DNA of 6,387 nucleotides from a virus (Duplodnaviria; Heunggongvirae; Uroviricota; Caudoviricetes): IMG/VR virus record IMGVR_UViG_2706794666_000010; one strand, 5' to 3'. Shown piece by piece: positions 1 to 5,491 of this stretch (position 1 is its first letter; each line of letters starts with the position of its first letter). The notes under the pieces were generated by a model. It saw only the letters and a program-made list of their open reading frames with translations, ran no database searches and was not told where the DNA came from. The position numbers and the translations under genes were made by a program.

Positions 1-98
1 GGGGAATATCTCCCCGGCAGCCTTCAGGGAAAAATATCATCAGATGGCTGCTTAAAAAAAGAACAAATGGTAGTGTCCGCTATTGCCAGTACACCTCA
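1..98. repeat. Left arm of a perfect 98-bp inverted repeat (partner 6290..6387)
   Basis: Bases 1..98 are the exact reverse complement of 6290..6387; identity stops abruptly at 98/99 (left ...cctcAGG, right-arm reverse complement ...cctcATC). The arm contains a 5-bp stem-loop (ggggaATATCtcccc) at the extreme end and the first 32 nt of an ORF. Confidence 0.9.
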
Positions 99-132
99 GG
101 ATAGCGGTCATGTGATGCCGGTTTCCCGGTAA
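67..132 (+). pseudogene. Truncated/diverged duplicate of the 5' end of the gene at 6091..6321
   Basis: 21-codon ORF MVVSAIASTPQDSGHVMPVSR; the first 10 codons match the 76-aa gene because they lie inside the inverted repeat, then it diverges and stops. It converges on minus-strand ORFs, so it is more likely a rearrangement remnant than a gene. Confidence 0.3.
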
Positions 133-279
133 CTCAGCACCGGTATCTGAGTCAACGTTTTCTCTACTGGGTCATTTCCGATACGCCCTGCCTGCTGACA
201 GGCTTTCATCACATCTGAAAATATAGCACCCTGACTGATACTGTAGTACCTAAGGTTCCAGAAACTGTGATGTATCCGG

Positions 280-543
280 NNNNNNNNNNNNNNNNNNNNN
301 NNNNNNNNNNNNNNNNNNNNNNNNNNNNNNNNNNNNNNNNNNNNNNNNNNNNNNNNNNNNNNNNNNNNNNNNNNNNNNNNNNNNNNNNNNNNNNNNNNNN
401 NNNNNNNNNNNNNNNNNNNNNNNNNNNNNNNNNNNNNNNNNNNNNNNNNNNNNNNNNNNNNNNNNNNNNNNNNNNNNNNNNNNNNNNNNNNNNNNNNNNN
501 NNNNNNNNNNNNNNNNNNNNNNNNNNNNNNNNNNNNNNNNNNN
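280..543. other. Masked/unresolved N-run (264 nt)
   Basis: Continuous n characters; content not assessable. Lies directly downstream (minus strand) of the tRNA cluster and must contain the 3' two-thirds of the third tRNA. Confidence 1.
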
Positions 544-577
544 AGGCAATTGCTCTGTCCGGCTGAGCTAACAACGC
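544..577 (-). tRNA. 5' portion of a third tRNA (acceptor stem, D-arm, start of anticodon stem); remainder masked
   Basis: Minus-strand sequence GCGTTGT-TA-GCTC-AGCCGGACA-GAGC-A-ATTGC-CT... has canonical U8/A9, a 4-bp D-stem, a GG-containing D-loop and the start of an anticodon stem, then enters the N-run. It sits 13 nt after the preceding tRNA. Identity unknown; Arg would fit the ileZ-argN-argO arrangement of Stx phages. Confidence 0.55.
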
Positions 578-590
578 ATGATGCAGATAA

Positions 591-667
591 TGGACCGCCA
601 TCGGGGACTTGAACCCCGCGCAGCCAGCTTCGAAGGCTGGCGCTCTTTCCTGATGAGCTAATGGCGG
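591..667 (-). tRNA. tRNA-Arg, anticodon UCG
   Basis: 77-nt cloverleaf folded by hand on the minus strand: acceptor CCGCCAT/ATGGCGG, D-stem GCTC/GAGC, anticodon stem CCAGC/GCTGG with loop CUUCGAA (anticodon UCG), T-arm CGGGG-TTCAAGT-CCCCG, discriminator U, encoded CCA. Confidence 0.8.
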
Positions 668-674
668 TATGTGA

Positions 675-750
675 TGGTGGCCCTTGCTGGATTTGAACCA
701 GCGACCTGGCGATTATGAGTCGCTCGCTCTCACCACTGAGCTAAAGGGCC
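675..750 (-). tRNA. tRNA with CAU anticodon, ileX/ileY-like (probable tRNA-Ile2, lysidine type; elongator Met not excluded by anticodon alone)
   Basis: 76-nt cloverleaf on the minus strand: GGCCCTT-TA-GCTC-AGTGGTGA-GAGC-G-AGCGA-CTCATAA-TCGCC-AGGTC-GCTGG-TTCAAAT-CCAGC-AAGGGCC-A-CCA. Near-identical in layout and sequence to E. coli ileX/ileY as I recall them. Confidence 0.85.
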
Positions 751-790
751 GGGAGCCGCATAATAACGACGCGTAATTAATTCTTCAATA

Positions 791-1849
791 TCATCCGTTC
801 TGGCTGACTAAATCCTGTACTTCCCGAACCGTCTGCTCAAAACGTTCAGTCTCCAGCTCAACGCCAATTGCACGACGCCCGAGCGCCAGTGCCGCTTTCA
901 CTGTCGAACCCAACCCCATGAAAAAATCTGCAATCAGGTCACCCGGACGACTGCTAGCGCTGATTATCTGCTGCAGCATTTCTGCCGGTTTTTCGCACGG
1001 ATGTTTCCCGGGATAGAACTGCACCGGTTTATGCGTCCACACATCGGTATACGGCACCTGCACCGTCACGCCAAAATACCGCCGCAGATGTTTATATTCA
1101 CTCAGCAGCTCCGCATACTGCCGGTTCAGTGAGGTATACGTATCCACCAGCTGGTGGTGGAGCTTTTCCAGTTCACCACGCCGATGCTTCTCTTCTGCCA
1201 CCCGGGCAAACAGCGCCTGTAATTTCAGATAATCGCTTTCATTCGGCAACTGCCACTGACCGGCACTGAACCAGTGCGACACCATGTTTTTCTTTCCTGT
1301 GGCATCTGCAATCTGTTTTGCCGTTATCCCCAGGGCAGCTCGCGCATCACGAAAGTAAGAAATCAGCGGGGCCATCACATGCTGTTTCAGTGCACTGCCC
1401 TTCGCCGCATACCCGGCATCTTTCGGACGATACGGCCCCTGATAATGTTCCGCGAACAGAATGCGCTCTGTGGCGGGGAAATACGCCCGCAGGCTTTCCT
1501 TGTTGCATCCGTTCCAGCGTCCGGACGGCTTCGCCCAGATAATATGGTTCAGCACACTGAAGCGTTCACGCATCATGATTTCGATATCAGATGCCAGGCG
1601 ATGACCACAGAACAGGTAAAGACTTCCGGCAGGTTTCAGCACCCGCCAGAACTGCGCCAGACACTGGTCCAGCCACTTCAGGTAATCATCGTCGCCCTTC
1701 CACTGGTTATCCCAGCCCTCAGGCTTCACTTTAAAGTACGGCGGGTCCGTGACTATCAGGTCAACAGAATTTTCGGGTAACGACCGGATAAATTCCAGGC
1801 AGTCGGCGTTGATTAACTCACAACTGGATATTTTTACAGTATTAAGCAT
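791..1849 (-). CDS. DNA methyltransferase, beta-class amino-MTase (N6-adenine or N4-cytosine), orphan (no adjacent restriction gene)
   Basis: 352-aa ORF with the catalytic DPPY motif near the N-terminus (SVDLIVTDPPY) and the AdoMet-binding FxGxG motif near the C-terminus (DFFMGLGSTVKAALALGRRAIGVE); this motif order defines the beta class. Ends 40 nt upstream of the tRNA cluster. Confidence 0.85.
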   Translation of the reverse strand: MLNTVKISSCELINADCLEFIRSLPENSVDLIVTDPPYFKVKPEGWDNQWKGDDDYLKWLDQCLAQFWRVLKPAGSLYLFCGHRLASDIEIMMRERFSVLNHIIWAKPSGRWNGCNKESLRAYFPATERILFAEHYQGPYRPKDAGYAAKGSALKQHVMAPLISYFRDARAALGITAKQIADATGKKNMVSHWFSAGQWQLPNESDYLKLQALFARVAEEKHRRGELEKLHHQLVDTYTSLNRQYAELLSEYKHLRRYFGVTVQVPYTDVWTHKPVQFYPGKHPCEKPAEMLQQIISASSRPGDLIADFFMGLGSTVKAALALGRRAIGVELETERFEQTVREVQDLVSQNG

Positions 1850-1943
1850 GGATCATTAAGCCTGTCTCTGATAGGCTCATTCTGCTTTTGCGCAAAGCAG
1901 TGGGCCTGAGGTTTGCTTGTGAACCCAACGCATGAGCAGATGG

Positions 1944-1970
1944 CTGGTGGGTGCCCCTAACACCCACCAG
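1944..1970. repeat. Inverted repeat with 10-bp perfect stem (ctggtgggtg / cacccaccag) and 7-nt loop; contains Chi in both orientations
   Basis: Read directly from sequence; located about 100 nt upstream of the methyltransferase start codon. A second 7-bp-stem palindrome lies at 1882..1900. Confidence 0.7.
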
Positions 1971-1985
1971 CCGCCCATTTACCAC

Positions 1986-2013
1986 AAATAAAAAAGCCTT
2001 CACTGCGGAAGGC
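1986..2013 (-). terminator. Rho-independent terminator candidate (minus strand)
   Basis: Minus-strand hairpin GCCTTC-cgcagt-GAAGGC followed by UUUUUUAUUU. Overlaps the stop codon of the 65-aa ORF. Confidence 0.5.
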
Positions 2014-2197
2014 GTCTGTAACAACCGAACTGATAGTCTGCCAGACCCGCCATAACCAGCTGGGTCAGTATTAACTGGCAGCGTTCGCGTGAAAGGTAAG
2101 TATTCTGCGCTATCTCCCCGACTGTCGCCGGTTCGGTAACGCTTAATTCATTAAACACCACTCTGGCGGTTTCTGTCATATCCTGCTGTTTTAGCAT
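2000..2197 (-). CDS. Hypothetical 65-aa protein, or non-coding leader between promoter and terminator
   Basis: ORF with a purine-rich tract (ggaaaaggaaaag) upstream of the ATG, but bracketed by two terminators with its stop inside a terminator stem. It could equally be part of a lambda-6S-like pR'-tR' leader. Confidence 0.3.
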   Translation of the reverse strand: MLKQQDMTETARVVFNELSVTEPATVGEIAQNTYLSRERCQLILTQLVMAGLADYQFGCYRRLPQ

Positions 2198-2316
2198 GTC
2201 TTTTCCTTTTCCGGTTAACGTGACACACCAATAACTCTTGTCGAAAAAGCCAGCAAGCTGAAAGACAGGTATTCACCGCCACCAGCGCGTTTACTGTACT
2301 GACGCGATTTCAGTCA

Positions 2317-2340
2317 TAAAAAACCCGCTCGGCGGCGGGT
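2317..2340 (-). terminator. Rho-independent terminator candidate about 85 nt downstream of the Q-like gene
   Basis: Minus-strand hairpin ACCCGC-cgccga-GCGGGU followed by UUUUUUA. Confidence 0.5.
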
Positions 2341-2388
2341 TGTAGAAACTCTTCTAACGTCAGGCATAAAACGCCCATCGTTATGACG

Positions 2389-2416
2389 AATTTACCACAG
2401 ATTCCGGAAAAATCAA
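2389..2416 (-). promoter_or_regulatory. Candidate sigma-70 promoter immediately after the Q-like gene (pR'-like position)
   Basis: Minus strand TTGATT -16 nt- TAAATT, beginning 5 nt after the Q stop codon. No qut-like element can be recognised by eye. Confidence 0.3.
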
Positions 2417-2421
2417 CCTTG

Positions 2422-3243
2422 TTACCTAGTTACCTTTTTTAACTGCCGCTCAGCCCATGCTTCTTCAATATCAAACCGGGTCACCAGCGCATCATAAAAT
2501 TTCTTAACTGTTTTTTCCCATGACGCGCGTGTTATCTGGTTTGTCACCTCGCATATAGCATTAAATGCCTCCGTTGATGGTAGTCTTTCATAGCCACGAC
2601 CACCACAACGCTGGCAGTCTCTGATAACAGGCATACCACGTTTTACCGACTCTTCACGATGAATGGCGACACCACGCCCACGGCAATCCTTACAGGCGGT
2701 GGAAACCTCACCCTTTCCGCCACACTCCGGACAGGCAACTTTTACCACCTCCCTGACTTTTTTCCATTCTTCCCAGTAAGACGGATACACACCTTTCGTA
2801 CACTTTGCCCATACCGGCGGCTTACCATCCGGATACTGGATCTTGTTTGTAAAAACCTCGCTTTCAATAAATTTTTTTCCGTGACAGCAGGGGCACTGTT
2901 TTTTGCTCGCCGCGCTACGGGCATAATCTTCAAACGCATACGAAGCCATAATACGCATCACTGCCGGTTTTATTTCTGCCGGGAGTTTTCTTAACGCCGC
3001 CACGCGATCACACCGACTGAGTGCATATTCTGTCAGCAATTCTGTTGCCCGCTCTCTGTCATTCATACTAATGCCCATTTTCCCAAGGAACGCAGAAACC
3101 CCCATCTCAGCCCGATTCTGTGTCATGCCCTGCGCGGCCATCACATCAGTGATACTCAGCGCATCTTTCGACGTTGAGGCCGATGCATCAGTCAGGCCGG
3201 GGGATTTTGGGGAGTAGTATTTCGGTAAATCTTCCAGTTTCAT
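2422..3243 (-). CDS. Q-like late-gene antiterminator candidate (long QuuQ-type) with DnaJ-type CxxCxGxG zinc-finger repeats
   Basis: 273-aa ORF with four Cys repeats (CPCCHGKK, CPECGGKG, CKDCRGRG, CQRCGGRG). Position matches Q: directly downstream of a DUF968-like gene (ATGA start/stop overlap) and directly upstream of a promoter/terminator and the tRNA cluster. Family assignment is by synteny and motifs, not by search. Confidence 0.6.
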   Translation of the reverse strand: MKLEDLPKYYSPKSPGLTDASASTSKDALSITDVMAAQGMTQNRAEMGVSAFLGKMGISMNDRERATELLTEYALSRCDRVAALRKLPAEIKPAVMRIMASYAFEDYARSAASKKQCPCCHGKKFIESEVFTNKIQYPDGKPPVWAKCTKGVYPSYWEEWKKVREVVKVACPECGGKGEVSTACKDCRGRGVAIHREESVKRGMPVIRDCQRCGGRGYERLPSTEAFNAICEVTNQITRASWEKTVKKFYDALVTRFDIEEAWAERQLKKVTR

Positions 3244-4547
3244 TTTTTGACCTGCCCTTCAAGCATTATGGGATAAATCTTCACCCCCAGACGTCCACCA
3301 GATACTGGCTGAGCACGAACGATATTGATTTCATCAAACTGCTCATCGTCCATTAGCAACCCCGCATGCGTCAGCGCATCCANNNNNNNNNNNNNNNNNN
3401 NNNNNNNNNNNNNNNNNNNNNNNNNNNNNNNNNNNNNNNNNNNNNNNNNNNNNNNNNNNNNNNNNNNNNNNNNNNNNNNNNNNNNNNNNNNNNNNNNNNN
3501 NNNNNNNNNNNNNNNNNNNNNNNNNNNNNNNNNNNNNNNNNNNNNNNNNNNNNNNNNNNNNNNNNNNNNNNNNNNNNNNNNNNNNNNNNNNNNNNNNNNN
3601 NNNNNNNNNNNNNNNNNNNNNNNNNNNNNNNNNNNNNNNNNNNNNNNNTTTGTTCCCATCCCTCCCAGTCCATGACCAATGATGTGATGCGGATCATCTG
3701 CCTGATTGCCACACGTCATGCATTTCTGCGTTTTTACCCAGCGCGTGTATACAGGCATCTCTTCCCGTTGTGATTTCTGGCGCTGGAGATACTGAGCCGG
3801 TGACTCCGGATCAACGGCAATGCTGACCACCGTCTTTTCCTGTGGTGGGTTCTGTTGCTGGTGGACGTGAGGCAGTAACGCAATATTTTTTGTGCGCTGC
3901 TTCAGTATGCTGGTGGCTGTCTGCTCTCCCGGTATGATGTCGCTTTCACTGTACACAGAGCGAATTTTTTCCGCACGCAACCCCAGCGAACGACGTAATA
4001 CCGCTTCCGGTAGCGCGTCCGCCACCTGATTGCGGACCGCCCACCAGGATAATTCAGCCAGAGATAATTCACGCTCCTGCGTACCGCTTATTGCGTGACC
4101 GATGACGTCAATCATCCATGCTGACAGGTTTTGATGAGCAAGTTGCTCGAGTGATTCGGATGTCTGGTCACGCAGCTGGTTGTCGCAGTGCCAGCACAAC
4201 ACCATTGCGCCGGTACCATAACGGTGAATGACGGTTTCGCTGTGATGATAATCGCCGTGTGGCCACTGGCAGGATTTAATATGGCGCAACAGCCAGTCAG
4301 ACAATGCACCAGCACCACCAGCAGCACGAATCACCCGTGCGTTACTGAAAAACGGCAGCAATGTTTTGTCTTCCACCAGCGGCTGGCGAGCGGCAGGAAC
4401 GACCCCGGACGGCAGATTACGCATGCTTTTTGGTTCCGGCTCCACCAGTATTCTGCCGTTATGGAATGCTGACATTGATTCACGGCCTGGCTTAACGATA
4501 ACCAGACCGAGTTCCGGTACCAGAACAGGTCGAAGTAATACCCGCAC
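3240..4547 (-). CDS. Large phage protein, DUF968/YdfU-like by position; Cys/His cluster; interrupted by N-run; start codon uncertain
   Basis: 435-codon ORF (GTG at 4547 preceded by GGAGG; alternative ATGs at 4475 and 4424). The reading frame is nominally continuous across the 266-nt mask. Motif CMTCGNQADDPHHIIGHG lies just before the mask. Translationally coupled to the Q-like gene. Confidence 0.7.
   Translation of the reverse strand: MRVLLRPVLVPELGLVIVKPGRESMSAFHNGRILVEPEPKSMRNLPSGVVPAARQPLVEDKTLLPFFSNARVIRAAGGAGALSDWLLRHIKSCQWPHGDYHHSETVIHRYGTGAMVLCWHCDNQLRDQTSESLEQLAHQNLSAWMIDVIGHAISGTQERELSLAELSWWAVRNQVADALPEAVLRRSLGLRAEKIRSVYSESDIIPGEQTATSILKQRTKNIALLPHVHQQQNPPQEKTVVSIAVDPESPAQYLQRQKSQREEMPVYTRWVKTQKCMTCGNQADDPHHIIGHGLGGMGTXXXXXXXXXXXXXXXXXXXXXXXXXXXXXXXXXXXXXXXXXXXXXXXXXXXXXXXXXXXXXXXXXXXXXXXXXXXXXXXXXXXXXXXXXXDALTHAGLLMDDEQFDEINIVRAQPVSGGRLGVKIYPIMLEGQVKK
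3383..3648. other. Masked/unresolved N-run (266 nt) inside the DUF968-like gene
   Basis: Continuous n characters; hides about 88 codons. Confidence 1.
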
Positions 4548-4580
4548 ATTACCTCCAGATCCGTTGCTGGAATGTGCGGG
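4541..4580 (-). promoter_or_regulatory. 10-bp inverted repeat (cccgcacatt / aatgtgcggg) flanking the SD and start of the DUF968-like gene
   Basis: Perfect 10-bp arms separated by 20 nt; the spacer contains the GGAGG SD and the arm overlaps the GTG/ATG start. Could be an RNA hairpin occluding initiation or a protein operator. Confidence 0.3.
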
Positions 4581-4622
4581 ACGGACGCGTTGGCCGTTCG
4601 GAGTAAGGGAGCCTGACGGAGA

Positions 4623-4904
4623 TTATCCAGTGACGGTAGTCGAGGCTAAGGGCTTTTTTAACCTCGCATCCGCGCCTGCGGTAACACTGAATGAGCCATT
4701 CGGCCTGTTCTTCAGTGCATGGGGGATGCTGGTACCAATCAGATTTAAATGCGTGAGAGCGCCGCCCGTGCCTGCTGGCAAAGACGGCTGAATTATCAGA
4801 ATTGTGTAGTCTGGAAGGCAGTGGCTGACAATAGCGCCATTCTCAACGCGCACAGTATAGAGGCCATCTTCACTAAAAATTTCACGTAATTCTTCGATTT
4901 TCAT
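4623..4904 (-). CDS. Hypothetical 93-aa protein (position equivalent to rem in Qin-type prophages)
   Basis: ATG at 4904 with SD-like GGAAGGA about 9 nt upstream; the N-terminal half looks protein-like and the C-terminal half is Ser/Gly/Thr/Pro-rich. In frame with the downstream DUF968-like ORF, separated by a single TAA. Confidence 0.45.
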   Translation of the reverse strand: MKIEELREIFSEDGLYTVRVENGAIVSHCLPDYTILIIQPSLPAGTGGALTHLNLIGTSIPHALKNRPNGSFSVTAGADARLKKPLASTTVTG

Positions 4905-5023
4905 CAACAGAATCCTTCCAGATAAATAGCACTCCCCTGTTCGGGGTCCATCCCTCTTCTCCCTGCGCGCTACTTAAGTATTTTTGATTCTATTCCGGCA
5001 CCATCTAAAACTTCAAACGCGTT

Positions 5024-5055
5024 GAAAATAAAAACAAAAACCCGCCGAAGCGGGT
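5024..5055 (-). terminator. Rho-independent terminator of the hok transcript
   Basis: Minus-strand hairpin ACCCGC-uucg-GCGGGU followed by UUUUUGUUUUUAUUUU, about 70 nt after the hok stop. Confidence 0.7.
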
Positions 5056-5124
5056 TAAGTGTGGGTGCATTGAGGATGCCTGACCCATCAGAGGTGGCGA
5101 GGGATTTCTCCCCCGCCTGGTCTC

Positions 5125-5280
5125 TTACTCCTCAGGTTCGTAAGCTGTGAAGACAGCGACCTCCGTCTGGCCGGTTCGAATTCGTACCTCGCAGAGGTCT
5201 TTCCTCGTTACCAGTGCCGTCACTATGACGGTTAAACAGATGACGATCAGGGCGATTAACATCGCCTTTTGCTGCTTCAT
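5125..5280 (-). CDS. hokD: Hok/Gef-family type I membrane toxin (HokD/RelF-like, 51 aa)
   Basis: Translation MKQQKAMLIALIVICLTVIVTALVTRKDLCEVRIRTGQTEVAVFTAYEPEE matches the Hok family as I recall it (HokC/Gef is almost identical in pattern); strong SD AAGGAG 9 nt upstream of the ATG. Confidence 0.9.
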   Translation of the reverse strand: MKQQKAMLIALIVICLTVIVTALVTRKDLCEVRIRTGQTEVAVFTAYEPEE

Positions 5281-5337
5281 AGCCTGCTTCTCCTTGCCTT
5301 TCGGCACGTAAGAGGCTAACCTAGATTTGCCGTTCAT
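5125..5337 (-). CDS. Mok-like in-frame N-terminally extended reading frame overlapping hok (70 codons)
   Basis: Upstream in-frame ATG at 5337 preceded by GAGG adds MNGKSRLASYVPKGKEKQA before Hok. This resembles the MokC extension ending ...KVKEKRA-MKQ as I remember it. Confidence 0.4.
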   Translation of the reverse strand: MNGKSRLASYVPKGKEKQAMKQQKAMLIALIVICLTVIVTALVTRKDLCEVRIRTGQTEVAVFTAYEPEE

Positions 5338-5456
5338 AGATTGAGCCTCAGATTAATGTTAAGCGTCTTGCCGGACGCGTAATGTTAACTGGGGCTTTTC
5401 TCTATCTGCCTTTTGGTGTTCATGCCTGAGACAGATAGCCTCAAGCACCCGCTGCA

Positions 5457-5484
5457 ATTCTACTTAACTCTCCTTTTCCCGCAA
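5457..5484 (-). promoter_or_regulatory. Candidate sigma-70 promoter of the hok/mok mRNA
   Basis: Minus strand TTGCGG -16 nt- TAGAAT; the predicted transcript to the terminator at about 5024 would be roughly 425 nt, typical of hok-family mRNAs. Confidence 0.4.
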
Positions 5485-5491
5485 ACCGTTT

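Noticed and set aside
100-279. Possibility that stxA/stxB or lysis genes follow the tRNA cluster
   Set aside because: The visible minus-strand translations after the mask do not resemble Stx A-subunit N-termini as I recall them, and the masked space is too short for stxAB. No holin, endolysin or spanin signature is visible in the window. Their presence outside the window cannot be excluded.
209-601. ORFs in the track that span the first N-run (209..601 -, 250..549 -, 267..566 +)
   Set aside because: Their lengths are artefacts of reading N as X. The 5' part of 209..601 is antisense-overlapped by the tRNAs. Only the short unmasked ends are real sequence; the plus-strand start at 267..272 is noted in findings but cannot be called a gene.
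1274-1780. Plus-strand ORFs of 168 aa (1274..1780) and 74 aa (1318..1542)
   Set aside because: Entirely antisense to the well-supported methyltransferase gene; Arg/Pro/His-rich translations with no motif; typical shadow ORFs.
1842-2024. Minus-strand 60-aa ORF overlapping the methyltransferase start
   Set aside because: Overlaps the methyltransferase start and both hairpins, has no SD, and reads through a terminator; improbable composition.
2659-2994. Plus-strand 111-aa ORF and minus-strand 65-aa ORF (2742..2939) inside the Q-like gene
   Set aside because: Lie within or antisense to the Q-like coding frame, which has coherent Cys-repeat motifs; no independent start signals.
3174-3356. Plus-strand 60-aa ORF across the Q / DUF968 junction
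   Set aside because: Antisense to two translationally coupled minus-strand genes; no support.
3325-3773. ORFs spanning the second N-run on the plus strand (3325..3675, 3366..3773) and 3371..3712 (-)
   Set aside because: Created by reading through masked bases; they overlap the DUF968-like gene in other frames or antisense.
4112-4791. ORFs 4112..4327 (-), 4188..4472 (+), 4331..4549 (-), 4366..4791 (+)
   Set aside because: Alternative-frame or antisense ORFs inside the DUF968-like and 93-aa genes with Cys/Trp/Arg-rich low-plausibility translations.
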